Assembly (NCBI RefSeq): GCF_006345805.1
Contig: NC_043011.1
Span: 60,834,464-60,898,463, forward strand
DNA from: Octopus sinensis
Taxonomy: Eukaryota
DNA: 64,000 nucleotides
Reading direction: 5' to 3'
Below the pieces are notes generated by a model that was not told the origin of the DNA, searched no databases, and saw nothing but the letters and a program-made list of their open reading frames with translations. A program made the translations under genes and the position numbers. Below, one piece after another: positions 48,998 through 63,316 of the stretch (its first letter is position 1; every line of letters begins with the position of its first letter).

Positions 48998-51199
48998 ATT
49001 ATTATTATTATTATTATTATTATCATCGTTATTATTATCATTAGTAGTAGTAGTATACAAGTGCCATTACATACTATATTAACAAGGATCTTATCCCGAG
49101 GTTTGCTAATTATAAAATCCATTATCTTATACAGTTTTACTGTTCTCTACCATCATATCCAGTTTCTTTGCTTCAAAATATGGATGGAGTTTATAACGAA
49201 TTCCACAAAATATTATGATTATCATTTTTCTTCAAAGCTTCAGAATGGTGTTTTTATAACTTTTCTGTTACTTCGGATCCACAAACTTTGCTCACATCCC
49301 ATTACACTCTTTTATTGATATGATCATTCCTGCGTTTATACTCCTTTTGCGCTAGCTTATTGCACCCATTTACTGCAGCCACTCCATTTCTCGTATTTTG
49401 TGTTTGCTCTCAACTTGGTTTTATTAATCATGCAACAAACCGAGTATATTTGCGGTAAAGAATACTGCTATTGGCTGACAGATGGAAAGCCGAAAGAAGA
49501 AACTGAATCGTTGATTATCGCCACTCAGGAGCAAGTCATTAGAGTGAAAGAGATAGAGATAGAGACAGAGTTAGAGTAAGTGATTAAGAGAGAGATAGAC
49601 GAAGAGAAGGAGAAAGAGAAAAAGACTGCTAGAAAGAGGGTGTAAGAAAAAAACAAAGTAAGCAAAACTGTTGTCTTAGACCTATGATGGCCGACATTCT
49701 CTTGAACAAGTGTGGTCGCCATATTGTATTGCTTAAAAGGAAAAAAAATGTAATGATTTATCCAAAGGTGAAAGGTTACCATCCATGACTTTTGTTCAGG
49801 GCCTCAAATGCTGGTGGGAGGAAATGAAGGCAAGGAAGCTATCTCTATACTTCACACCTGTCACGAACATAGCTCGTAGCAAAGTGGACTCCTCTAAATT
49901 CACCTAAATGCCTGATGGTGACGTTATATCTAGCGACGAAAGCCACAATATGGTGACAAATATTTTTTTTTAATTCAGAGACATTGCGTAACATCTGCAA
50001 CGGAATTTCTTCTCTCCATAAGCAATGCGATGTACGTTATCGATTCAGTCGCATCCAAGTTTTATTATATAATATAGCAGCAGTATTGTAGTGACTAAAT
50101 AGTCAACAGCTTAGTCATCAGTTAAGAGCTCCTAAAACGTCAAAGAAATATTTGCTGACGTACGGTAATTGAGACGAGCTGACGAGGGACACCTATGAGC
50201 GGCTGATCGATCTACTAGAAGTAACAGCGGTGAAATCGCCTTCAAATTGTACCCTATAGAATTAAAAGAAAAAAAAAGCATGTTATCTAAGATAATCTCG
50301 TTCTACTTATTGTATGTATGTATGTATGTATGTTTGTATGTATGTATGTATATATGTATGTATGAAAATTAGGCTAAATGTTCACAGCTGCAATGTCTTT
50401 TGATCAAACGCCAGTTAGATTAGGGCAGGTTTTGAGCTACACAAAGCAACGACGATGATTATAACAACAACATAAAAAATAAAGATAACAGTGGCGGTGG
50501 AAGAGGAGAAGGCGGTGATGTTGGTGATAGTGGCAATGGCGGCGGTACATTGAAAGGTGATAATGAGTAACAGCTGTCGTGTTCCGATCGAATTCCATTG
50601 ACCTACCTATGCAGAGAACAACATCAAAATCTATAGACAAGTAGCAGGAGTTAATGAAGGTGAGGAAACTTCTAAGTGATCACTCGTCCTGTCGGAAATA
50701 ACAGCAAATTATCTCTCAAATCAAACACAAACGGTCTTATAAAAGGAAGGACACATTGGATTATGTAGTCTGAGAAGACAAATAAAGGGATACTAACCGC
50801 TGAAACACCCCTGATCATAAATCTGATCGTTCAGAGACGATCTGAGACTAAACATCAACCGCAGCAGACACTGAGACAAGGGTCCCTGTATGTGGTTACT
50901 CATTCGGCTAGAAATAGCGGCTAAATCTCTCTCAGATCACACCTTAGCATCCTAAAAAGAAAGATTCCTTAGAAAATGTTGTCCAGGAAACCCTTTTCGG
51001 TGTGTAATTAAAAGACTGGATGGTCATGGTTGGACAATTTTGATGATAGGTTCCGCACGATTAAGGATCATCTAGGGCTAAATATAAACAACAGCAATAA
51101 CGACCAACAAATGATGAAGTCTCAACGCAGTCTCCAGGATCTAGACGATCAGACTTGACCTGATCGAACAAAGAGGGCTTCGATCAAGGTAGCAGCATG

Positions 51200-51450
51200 T
51201 GGAGGAGCGTGGCTTAGGTGGTTAGGGAGTTGGATTCTTAATCGTATGATTGTGGTTTCGATTCCTGGACCGGGTGATGCGTTGTGTTCTTGGGCAAAGC
51301 ACTTCTTTCCATGTTGCTCCTGTCCACCCAGCTGGCAAAAATGAGTTACCATACGATCGACTTACGTCCCGTCCAGGGGGTTCTATATACGCCACAGAAA
51401 CGGGGGAAATCGGCCCTGTGAGTCTGTATGAATCGGGAATGAGATTTATC
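51200..51450 (+). mobile_element. SINE family D
   Basis: ggaggagcgtggcttaggtggttaggg...ggtttcgattcctggacc...gtgttcttgggcaaagcactt...cagctggcaaaaatgagt. Confidence 0.82.
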
Positions 51451-51559
51451 CTTTAGAGTAGCAGCAACGTCTGCAGTAACAAGAATAGCAACAGCAAAAA
51501 CAACAGCAGCAACAATAATTCTTCGTAATTTTAGCAAGAAGCTAGCAAAGTTGAAGAGA

Positions 51560-53180
51560 GGGTGGGGGCGTCGTCCTCACAGTGCTTGATATCTGCTTTA
51601 TTTTAGCGACTCCGGAAGGATGAAAGGAGAAGAAGCCGACCTCGGTGGGGTTTGAACTCAGAACATAATGAGTCGGAAGAAAACGCTGCGCAGCAATAAT
51701 TGCAACAACAACAACAAATAGCAACAAATACATCAATAGCTACACTGCGAAGAACAAACAAGCAGCAACAACAACGACAGCAACACCACCACCACCTAAA
51801 CCAGCACCACCACCATCAACAACAACAACAACAATAGCAGCAGCAACAACATATACAGCAGCAGCAACAGCAACAGCAGCAGCAGCGGTAACAACAGCAT
51901 CCGACATCGTCACTGCATTAAATCTGCTGCAGTCTGCATCTGCAGTTTTTTCTCTTAATTTGTACAGAAAATATGGAGACGAATCTGTAATCTGGTTAAC
52001 GAGATTAAAACGGAATAAATTATCGTCGGATTTTATGTAATATCTGACGTTCGGTGTGGACGGTGGAGGTGTCGGCTAACTAAAATCTGTGCAACGTCTT
52101 TCGTTCTACAATTTCATCAAGGTGACTCACTGGCAGAGTCGTTAACAAACGAAGAACGAGAAAAACACCGGAGTCAGTGGAATCAATCAGCACCTCTTCT
52201 CCGTAGAAAGGATTGTTGTTATTATTAAGGTTTGCTATTATAAAGGATTGTTAATATAAAGGATTGTTAATATAAAGGCGGGATTCCGCCGACGTCGACT
52301 TTGCATTCTTTTTCGAGTCGATAAAATACCAGTTGAGCACTGGGTCCAAGTATTCGACTTACTCCCTCCCACTAATTAGCTGGCCTTGTGCCAAAATTTG
52401 AAATCATTAATATAAATGGGGTGAGCTGGCAGAATAGGAAGCAGGCCGGACAAAATTCTTAGCAGCATTTCTTCCGTCTTTACGTTCTGAGTCTACATTC
52501 CAGTAAGTTTGACTTTGCCTTTCATCTTTGGTCAGTAAGTGTGATTTCCTATTTGCTTCTATCTAGAAATCAAAGGAAATGGCTACTATTCCCTTCAAAC
52601 TTTGCTTTTGTGACCTGGACATCAATGTTTTGGAACTGACCTCTTTTCCATTACATTTCAGACAGATTCAGCGCTGAGTTGCTGAAGCAGAAATATCGTT
52701 ATAGCAAATATTCTGTTGAATACCACAGATTTGCTTGTCAGTTGCTTGACCTTAGCCACTTGAAAATGTCCCTTAGTGGCTGACAATATGTGCATCTCTG
52801 ATCATGTGCAAGAGCAGTGGGCGGGGGGCATCGTAATCCTGTGATGAGAGGCATTCTCTGAGGTTTCAATAAATATCATTACAAAAGCAAATTTTAAAGG
52901 AAATATTACCCATTTTTCATACTTTCTAGGGGACAGCAAATGGTAAATAACAGTTGGCGGGAAAGGCGGCGAGCAGGCAGAATCGGTAGCACGCCGAACA
53001 AAATGCTTGGTGGCGTTTCGTCCGTCTTTAAGTCCTCAAATAAATATCGCCGTGGTTGACTTTAACTTTCACCCTTTCGGGGTCGATAAAATAAGTACCA
53101 GTTGAATACTGGTGTCGATGAACCTCTGATCTACTCCAACCTCTGAAATTGCTGGCCTTGTGCCAAAATTTGAAACCAAA
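51560..53180. mobile_element. Region containing several SINE C copies (51560-51700 -, 52180-52530 +, 52965-53180 +) and a further uncharacterised dispersed-repeat-like segment (approx. 52530-52840)
   Basis: Repeated family C motifs gtcgactttgc, gataaaata(a)gtaccagttg and ggccttgtgccaaaatttgaaa. Confidence 0.7.
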
Positions 53181-53731
53181 ATTATCTGTGGGTTTGATAA
53201 ACACATTAGCTAGTGTTGAAATGGTTTTGTTGGTAGGAATATCGGACGGGCTTAATTCTTTGACGATGCCATTAAGTTTCATGGTATTTCCTGTAAGGAT
53301 ATTAATTATTTACCAAAAAATAGAATTGATATTTTCTGCTTCTGCATTATTTTTTCAATACCTCCTGGAGGCACGGTTTTCATATCCAGCTCTAAAACTT
53401 ATTTCGTTCTTGCCCCGTAAAAAGATAATTGATAAAATATGTGAAAGAATTAATAAAATCTGAAGAAAGGAAGAAAAAAAAAGAAGAAAAAGTGTTGAAA
53501 AAAAAAAAGTGTCGCTTGGGAATGTCTCTGCTTCTCCCGGTGTAAGGAGGAGAGGTTTCGGTTTTCAAAGCCGGGAGGTAAAAGTTCTTTCCGCAATTAA
53601 CGGTTATAAAATCTTGAGTGGACATGTCCGAATTCAGAGCTCAAAGAGTTAAACAACAGCAACAACAACAACAACAACCTCAACATAAACAACAGTATCG
53701 TCGTCGTCATCATCATCATAATCATCATCAT

Positions 53732-53763
<32 letters not shown>

Positions 53764-54196
53764 ACAACAGCAACAACAACATTCTCGTGCAGTTTGCTAA
53801 TGTTTCGTACTCAATGATACGCCAGTTGTTTATTTCACACACACACACACACACATACACACACACACACACACACGCGCGCGCAAATACACACAAGCAC
53901 ACATACGCACACATATGTATATATATATATAAATTTAGAAGAAAAAAAAAACAAAACAAAAGACAACAAAAACCAACCACCTGATTCATTCTCGGCCGAA
54001 ATCTTAATAAACGTTACCCACCCATCGGTTGGTTCGGGGTCATTGCAGCACAGTAATGCCGGAAGATTCCATGACGTGGCACGCTTCCGCCAGGTGATTA
54101 GCTGAATTCAACATCATATGTTGCAAGGGTGCACGTGCGAACACGTAGTGGTAGACATGGCCAAATACAGATGCAAACATAGGTAAATATCAATGG

Positions 54197-54358
54197 ACAG
54201 GAGTGGCTGTGTGGTAATTAGCTTGCTTACCAACCACATGGTTCCGGGTTCAGTCCCACTGCGTGGCATCTTGGGCAAGTGTCTTCTGCTATAGCCCCGG
54301 GCCGACCAATGCCTTGTGAGTGGATTTGGTAGACGGAAACTGAAAGAAGCCTGTCGTA
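54197..54358 (+). mobile_element. SINE family A, 5' half only
   Basis: Near-consensus head ending in (TA)n(TG)n with no 3' half. Confidence 0.88.
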
Positions 54359-54442
<84 letters not shown>

Positions 54443-55112
54443 GGGTGTTTGAAGTGGTGTACAGATATTGTATATTAAGAAAAAGGGAGCAGCCAGAATT
54501 TTGGATAATTCTTTATTAGGGCTTTCGTTAGTTTAACCGAATTCTTCAAGAAAATTTGAACCAAAATAATAATACATACACACACGCATGCATACATACA
54601 CACACACACATACATACATACATACATACATACATACATACATACATACATACATACATACATACATACATACATGCATATACATACATATATACAAGAA
54701 AATAAGCCGACGGTGACTTCATCGGCCTTGTCACTGATATGTTACTCACGATGACTTGCTGCAAGGAACTTTGTCATCTCCGATATTAGAAAACGTGAAT
54801 AATGTGATCACTGATGTCCTGAATAGCTGCCAGGTTGAATAAAAGTCTGGTTTTCGCAATTGAAATAATAATTGAAAATTTCGTATCGCCTACGTATCAA
54901 GAAAGAGAGTGCGGATTTCCGTGCGTGTCAGAAATCTCAAATAGACGCGCTGTATCAAAACGCAATATATATCGGAGGAGGACGAAAAATCAACCTAGCA
55001 GTAGCTAACAGGGACGCCAAATGCATTTCGGTCACCTTCGGCCTTAGTTATTGCATAAACTGGATATTTATGTGGCCCGGTGGCCATTCACAGTATCATA
55101 GAATGTATTCAT

Positions 55113-55320
55113 TCACTTGTTGCAGTCATTAGACTGTGGCCATGCCGGGACATCACTTCGAAGAATTTTGGTCGAACGAACCAATCCCAGTATATATTTT
55201 CGAAGCTTGGTTCTTATTCTATCGGTCTTCTATACCGAACAACTAGGTTACGGGGACATAAACCTACCAACACCCGTTGTGAAGCGGTGGTGGGGGATAG
55301 ATACAGACACTAAAACACAC
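55113..55320 (-). mobile_element. SINE family A, 3' half only
   Basis: ttgcagtcattagactgtggccatg...cttattctatcggtc...ggggac.taaac..accaac. Confidence 0.75.
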
Positions 55321-55342
55321 TCATATCCATCCATCCATCCAT

Positions 55343-55380
<38 letters not shown>

Positions 55381-55403
55381 TAGGGAATGGGGCAGATAAA
55401 ACA

Positions 55404-55655
55404 TAGGCTACATATGTTTCATAGCTTGCGGAACCTGGCAATTAATAAATTATTCAAACGAGGAGTCGACCGCAACCTACTCTTCAGCCCAAGGAGGCCT
55501 TAATTGTTTTAAGTCAACACGGGGTCTTCTAGCGACAACGTAAACTTCATATAATCAAGGTACCCTTGGCCTGAAGGGTACCTTGTTGTCTACCCCTAGT
55601 TTGGACAATTTATTACTTCAGAGGTTCCTTTAGTTACGAAACAGATGTAGCCTGG
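55404..55655. ncRNA. Divergently oriented pair of homologous, decayed hammerhead motifs (55404-55494 -, 55564-55655 +)
   Basis: Both read ccttgg(g/c)-CTGAAG(A/G)-gta...gtttg.a.aatttatta.tt...ggttcc...-GAA-ACA(T/G)ATGT-A-GCCT. Confidence 0.5.
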
Positions 55656-55859
55656 ATTTTGTCTTCTCCATTCCCTAATTTTTGAGCATTCATTCGCATA
55701 CACAACCCCCGTTGCTTAGCGCGAACTGTAAAATTAACTTTTTCAGCTTATCGGACTTCGATACGAGAAAAATTCACAACCTTCTGTGCCACAATAAACC
55801 ATTATTGTTCCTGAAAGTTCTTCTACGGATTGCTTGAAGGTCACTAACTTATACCCTTA

Positions 55860-55863
55860 ATCC

Positions 55864-55899
<36 letters not shown>

Positions 55900-56135
55900 A
55901 TACACATACACGTAAATATATATATACATATAATATATAATATATACTATATATATATACATATACATATATACATATTATATAATACATATACATATAT
56001 ACATATACATATTACATATACATATACATATACATATATATATATGCATATATATATACATACATATGTTATACATATATATATACATATATATATATAT
56101 ATACATATATATATACTATATATATATATATATAT
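55860..56135. repeat. (CA)n/(TA)n/(TACA)n tract
   Basis: Directly visible. Confidence 0.9.
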
Positions 56136-56506
56136 AGTAAGGAAAAATTTTTTTAAAAATGCAGAATGCTCAAATGAAAGAAAATTTAATAAAATGAGAA
56201 AATGATAAAATATATAAATATATATTTATTCCAACCGGTTTTCGTCATTGTATGACTTGTCAAGAATATTTATGTTTTAAGAAGTTATTTTAAAAATTAG
56301 AAAGGGGAAAAAAGAATTGCATTGTTTTTTGTAAAAGAATAATGATAATTTTTAAAATAACTTCTTAAAACATAAATTCTTGACAAGTCATACAATGACG
56401 AAAACCGGTTGAATAAATATATATTTATATATTTTATCATTTTCTCATTTTATTAAAATTTTCTTTCATTGAGCATTCTGCATTTTTAAAAAAAATTTTC
56501 CTTACT
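56136..56506. repeat. Foldback inverted repeat, approx. 160-bp arms, with a decayed hammerhead motif in each arm
   Basis: Near-identical arms; ATTC-TTGACAA-GTCA(TACAA)TGAC-GAAAACCGGTT-GAAT at about 56376-56414. Confidence 0.88.
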
Positions 56507-56653
56507 TATCATTTCTCCCGTGCGGTCAACACAACCCCACCATTTATTGATCTATATATATATATATTTATATATATATATATATATACATACATACATA
56601 TATACATATATATATACATTACATATATATATTTATATTATATATTATATATT

Positions 56654-56812
56654 GGCGTAGGAGGTAGCTGTGTGGTAAGTAGCTTGCTTACAAACCACAT
56701 GGTTCCGGGTTCAGTCCCACTGCGTGGCACCTGGGCAAGTGTTTACTATATACCTCGGTCGACCAAAGCCTTGTGAGTGATTTGGTAGACAGAAACTGAA
56801 AGAAGCCCGTCG

Positions 56813-56851
<39 letters not shown>

Positions 56852-57030
56852 ATATGTTTGTGTGTCTGTGTTTGTCCCCCCCCAACATCGCTTGACAACC
56901 GATGTTGGTGTGTTTACGTCCTGGTAACTAGGCTTACAATGAATAAGTCCTGGGGTCGATTTGCTCGACTAAAGGCGGTGTCCAGCATGGCCACAGTCAA
57001 ATGACTGAAACGAATAAAAGAGTATAAAGA
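56654..57030 (+). mobile_element. SINE family A, near full length
   Basis: Both halves with central (TA)(TG). Confidence 0.9.
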
Positions 57031-57377
57031 GTATATATATGCATGCATGTATGTATATTAGCAAAAGGCAATCCAGCATAACTTGGATATATGAGAGGCG
57101 TTATATGCCTCGAAAGAACTTATCGTACGGACGCATGGGGCATAAAAGCAACATTAACTGTATTGCTGGCAGGCGAGAATAGCTAGATCACGTGATTTCG
57201 ACGTAGAGGGAGCACATCTAAACCACGTTATATGGCAGTATTTATACACCCACCCATACACACACACACGTATATATATGTATGCGTATACATACCCAAA
57301 TTTACTAAACTGTAATCCATTTACTCTCTGGTTTATGATGAGGTCTTATATGTTGCGTGTGTTAAGGGAGGGTAATA

Positions 57378-57418
57378 CTGTGCTGATGACGCCTATTGAG
57401 ACAGAAACGTGTCCACAG
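57378..57418 (+). ncRNA. Minimal type I hammerhead motif
   Basis: CTGTG-CTGATGA-CGCCTATTGAGACA-GAA-ACGTGT-C-CACAG: perfect 5-bp stem I, GUC site, decayed stem II. Confidence 0.6.
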
Positions 57419-57599
57419 CTGTCCTACAGAAAATAAATGAAAACAGATCCATGTTCTCTTTTAGGTTAATTCACGATATTATCTCTTTGGGGAGTCGATG
57501 GCAATCGCAAACATATTTGAGTTAATCTTCTTTTAAAGCGTATATAATAAACACTGAATTCATCTAGTGCAGTATTTAGTTTACAATGCTTCGCCTTAA

Positions 57600-57763
57600 A
57601 TGTGTACATATATAAATATACATACATACACGCACACATACACACACATATATGCACATATGTATGTATTCCTGTATGTATGTACATATATATATATATA
57701 TGTATCAATATAATGTGTATAATATGTATACATATATATATTTATATGCACCAATACACACTA

Positions 57764-57800
<37 letters not shown>

Positions 57801-57993
57801 TATATTGATGTATATATATATATATGTTATAATATATATATATATATATATTAGATATATACATATATATATACATATATATATATACATACATATATAT
57901 ATATATACATATATTTAGAGAGAGACATATATGTATATATATGCATTTATATACATACATAACATACATACATCACACATACACACACACCAC

Positions 57994-58033
<40 letters not shown>

Positions 58034-58417
58034 TACATAGATACATACATGCATACATATACATACACACACATACATACATACATACATACACATATAT
58101 GCATGCATTCATGAATATATGTAAGTTTGTTTACGTCTGTGTGCGCGCAAGTATATGTATGTACATATATGTATACATACATACGTACGTACATATATAT
58201 ACATATATATATATAATACACACACACACGTTCACACATATGCACACACACATACGATATCTCAGATAGATTTAAGTTTAATTTAACTGTCTATGCTCTC
58301 TACCAAAACATATGGCCTTGTGATAAATTTAGGAACCATTAAAAAACTAATCATTATAATTATTATTACTATTATTATTATTATTGGTGTTGTTGTTGTT
58401 GTTGTTATTATTATTAC

Positions 58418-58468
<51 letters not shown>

Positions 58469-58700
58469 TGAAGCATTTTGTTGTTATTCGCACATACCAT
58501 CGCTAATGACATCGAGAAAGTTATTGAGACTCCTCAATTAACGTTGAACCAACACAACAACAAGAAACACGCCGCCACCGCCGCCACCGCCGCCACCGCC
58601 ACTACCACCGCTACCAGCCGCCACCGCCCCCACCACTGCCTCCATCGTCGCCGCTGCCACCGCCACCACCACCACTGCCGTCGCCGACAACGACGGCAAG
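57600..58700. repeat. Microsatellite field: (TA)/(CA)/(CATA), then (ATT)n and (CCG/CCA)n
   Basis: Directly visible. Confidence 0.88.
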
Positions 58701-59159
58701 AAATAATCACATCCTACTAACTCTACCATCAGCTTCTGAAATAGCAAGTAATCAGATAATGTTATTCCAATTATCACAGTGTTTAGCAGTGAAGAAATAC
58801 AGCTCTGATCTTTATATTTAGCTTAATCTTTTCATACACAACAAGCATAACAAACTTCCAGGTCCGCTCTCTGCAGCGTTGCGCAGCCATATTAACGTAC
58901 CGTGCAACATACGACATCAATAATGGTGAAATGTTCAACAAATTATGACCTGGAAAGAAATGAGCTGCAGGACATATTAGATAGTGTAGGCCTAGATGGG
59001 CGTAAGCATGGCTGTGTGGTTTAGGAATCTCACCTTGCAACCACTTGGATTCCGGTTCAGTTCCATCATTCGTCATATTAGGTGACTGCAATCATGGGCC
59101 CTGGACACGGTAGCTGTGTGGAAGCACACTGTGTGTGTATGTATATATATACGTACACA

Positions 59160-59201
<42 letters not shown>

Positions 59202-59259
59202 GCATATATACATACATATAGGTATATAGATACATATATATGTATATATACATGCATAT

Positions 59260-59500
59260 ATGGGTACAGGACGTCAAAAGAAACGTTGAACACAATGAGA
59301 AGCGAGAACATAAAAGCAAAAACATAGAAAACGAACTTTTTTTCGAACAAGGAAAAAAATCCCCCAGAGAAACGAGACATGCAACATAAAGAATATTATC
59401 CTTCATCAGTTGTCCCTGTTTCATCTACTCGGCGTTTCGAAGGCAAGGATAAGACGCGACTACATTGAAACAATCCTTCCCGCAAAGCAAAATAATATAA
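59260..59500 (-). mobile_element. Dispersed repeat, probable Penelope-like pLTR remnant
   Basis: Homologous to 27930-28210; contains CTGATGA on the minus strand. Confidence 0.5.
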
Positions 59501-59901
59501 GGATCGAAATGCTGAAGTGAGTAAAGCGAGCCAATAAGCTATTCGCCACTCTTCTTTAAGCAGAAAAGCAGGGGGACGTTGTTCCTTTGTGTAGCTCATC
59601 GTTTTCCCAACTGATTAAATCAGCTCAAATGTTTAAAGTTTTGATCAGTTCAAATATATTTGGGACATATTTAAAATCTACAAATGGATTTTTCGCTGCA
59701 GTTTGCCATAGAATAACAAAATTCTTGTTTTAGACAAAAAAGGAAGAACACGAAAGTAAGAACACTATAGTCTGCTAAGAGGACTCTCTAAGGACTTGTA
59801 AATACATTTCCAGTTCCTCAATTGTCTTCAGTACCAGATACAAAGGGAGGCGATTCTAGGCTAACTGGAAAGTTTAACTTTATCTTACCTTTTATCTTTG
59901 A

Positions 59902-60112
59902 CTTGTTTCAGTCATTAGACTGCAGCCATGCTGGTGCACCGGCTTGAAGAATTTTTGTCGAATGAATCAACCCGAGTACTTTTTTTAAAGCCCATTACTT
60001 ATTCTACCGATCTCTTTTGGCGAACTGTTAAGTGGCGGGACGTAAAGACACCAACACCGGTGGTGGTGGGGACGAACACTGATACAATTACACACACACA
60101 TACATATATGTA

Positions 60113-60162
<50 letters not shown>

Positions 60163-60325
60163 CATACATACGTACATACATACAACAGGCTTCTTTCAGT
60201 TTTCGCCTACCAAATCCACTCACAAGGTGGTCTGAGGCCATAGAAGAAAACAAGAAGACACTTACCCAAGGTGTCAAGCAGTGGGACTGAACTCGGTACC
60301 ATGTCGTTTGGAAGGAAGCTTCTTA
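59902..60325 (-). mobile_element. SINE family A, near full length
   Basis: Both halves with central microsatellite. Confidence 0.85.
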
Positions 60326-60476
60326 GTAAATATTCACGAATCAGCCGTAAGGAATATATATTGATTTCTACATTTTTTTCTTTTTTTTGTCAACCCTGGG
60401 GACAAGAATGACAAAGACAGTCCCCGACTGATTTGAGCTGAGAACGTGTAGAGACATGAGTATCTGTCACTTCTAC

Positions 60477-60900
60477 CCGCCACCGTCCTAGCAAAGCCTT
60501 TTGCTCATCCTGCTAAAAATAGAAGGCAATCTTCAAATTACACCGTTTTCTCTTTAAAAATGTTCTGCGCAGATTAACCATTAAACCACTTAGCAATAAG
60601 TGTCTCTGAAAAAGATAAGATCATCTAAGCTGGAAGGCTTTGGCTAATGCAGGAGGCATTTTCTCCAACAATTTGGTGCTTTTACGCATCCGCCGTCCTA
60701 GTAAAGGCAAATGTGAGAGGTTCTGTGTTGTCACTCATCCTGCTAAAAATAGAAAGCGATCTTGAAATTATATCGTTTTGTCTTAAAAAATTAAAGGTCA
60801 GATAGACATTAAACCACTGAATAATAAGTACTTCTAGAAAAAAAAAAAACCCCGGAAAACAGCATGGTCACGACTGGACGGCTTTGGATTATAGGCCTAC
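60477..60900 (+). repeat. Two diverged tandem copies of a dispersed-repeat segment
   Basis: ccgtcctag.aaag...ctcatcctgctaaaaatagaa.gc.atctt.aaatta...cattaaaccact at about 60485 and 60693. Confidence 0.75.
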
Positions 60901-60959
60901 ATGCTCAGAAGTGACCTTGAGATAAACAACATCATCAGCGACCAAAAACTAAGAAAGAA

Positions 60960-60972
60960 GAAAACCCGTAGC

Positions 60973-61006
<34 letters not shown>

Positions 61007-61041
61007 GCAGCAGCAGCAGCAAGCAGCAGCAGCGCGGCGGC

Positions 61042-61090
<49 letters not shown>

Positions 61091-61165
61091 CGACCGACGG
61101 ACGACGACCGACGACGACAACAAACAACAACAACAACAACAACAACAAAACAAAAAAACAACAAC

Positions 61166-61255
<90 letters not shown>
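60960..61255. repeat. (CAA/CAG/CGG/CGA)n trinucleotide tract
   Basis: Directly visible. Confidence 0.92.
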
Positions 61256-61589
61256 TATGAAGCGACAGCAAATGTCAAGAAAATAGAAATGAAAATAAAA
61301 ATAAAATGAAATAATAAAAATCAACAGCAGTAGAATCAACAAGCTCATTGGCTGAATATTTTCTTTGGCAATTTACCACTAATAACAGACCTCCAACAAA
61401 CAACGATCATATGACAACGTAACTGATTATAAGTCAGTTTTCTATGAAAATCAAGTAGCAATTCTCTTTGTAGATTGTACAAGTGACAGCTTTCTGTTGT
61501 TTACAGGAGTCGAAGTCTGTTTTTGAATGTAGCTGATTAGCTTATACGGTCTCCGGCTCTTTACATCTACAAACCTGAAGGCAAATGGT

Positions 61590-62345
<756 letters not shown>

Positions 62346-62625
62346 TTTCAAAATAGCTTTCTTTTTTTAGACTATTCTCTCATACAAAAGCACATTAAAA
62401 TTCTATATGATGTTGGCTGTCTAAAGCATGTTCAGTAACTTTCATGTCAGTGACTTTAACGGGACGAACGTTTACAGGTTTTCAATGATAAACTTGATGA
62501 CTCAGACTGTCACAACACAAACATAAATACAGGAAATATTAGTCGACAATATTACCTCACTATATGAATTTTTCCCATGCACACAAAATTGAAAACAAAA
62601 AAGCTAAACAATTAACTATGTAAGC

Positions 62626-62750
62626 TTAGGCGTGGCTGTGTTGATAAGACGCTTGCTTCCCAAAGTATGGTCTTGGGTTCAGACCCTGTGTGCGTTGCTT
62701 TGTGCAATTATCTTTTACTTTAGTCTCGGGAGGCAAAAACCCTGAGAGGG
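62626..62750 (+). mobile_element. Degenerate SINE family A head
   Basis: gcgtggctgtgttgataagacgcttgcttccc...gggttcagaccc. Confidence 0.6.
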
Positions 62751-62780
62751 AATTTGGTGTTATATATATATATATGTTTG

Positions 62781-62837
<57 letters not shown>

Positions 62838-62953
62838 ATATTTATATATGTATATTATATTATATATATATATGTGTGGTGTGTATATATTATAATATAT
62901 ATATTATATATATATATATATATGTGTATATAATATATATATATATATGTGGT

Positions 62954-62984
<31 letters not shown>

Positions 62985-63004
62985 ATATATGCGTGTGTGT
63001 GCAG

Positions 63005-63260
63005 TTTCTGATGGTGCACCCAGTGCTAAGTGCACTGTATTTGCTGCAGACCACCGTATCTATATGCACCACGTTGATCTTCGAGCGATGGTCTCCAGTT
63101 CTCGTCACTCTTGGTGCATCCACCGCCGTTGACCCCACTAACCATTCCGTCCATTTCTTTTTCACCTGCATATCTTCCCACTGGAATCTTCTCCCTGCGC
63201 ATGTCCTTCTTGCAGGCGTTGACCCACAACATTTGAAACAGAACAATAGCTGAATCAAAC
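63005..63260 (+). mobile_element. LINE ORF2 C-terminal remnant (L2/CR1/Jockey group)
   Basis: NHSVHFFFTCISSHWNLLPAHV...VDPQHLKQ resembles the FF.R....WN.LP......FK terminal motif. Confidence 0.6.
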
Positions 63261-63316
63261 TCACCGGTTTTGGGGAAGATCTGCATAAGTCAAGGGACAT
63301 GTCCTTTCCCCTAGAA

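Noticed and set aside
59380-59445. CTGATGA and GAAAC as a permuted hammerhead
   Set aside because: Stems I and II could not be paired in the required register.
62890-63300. Minus-strand ORFs 62890-63300 and 63026-63286
   Set aside because: They are antisense to the better-supported plus-strand LINE C-terminal remnant.
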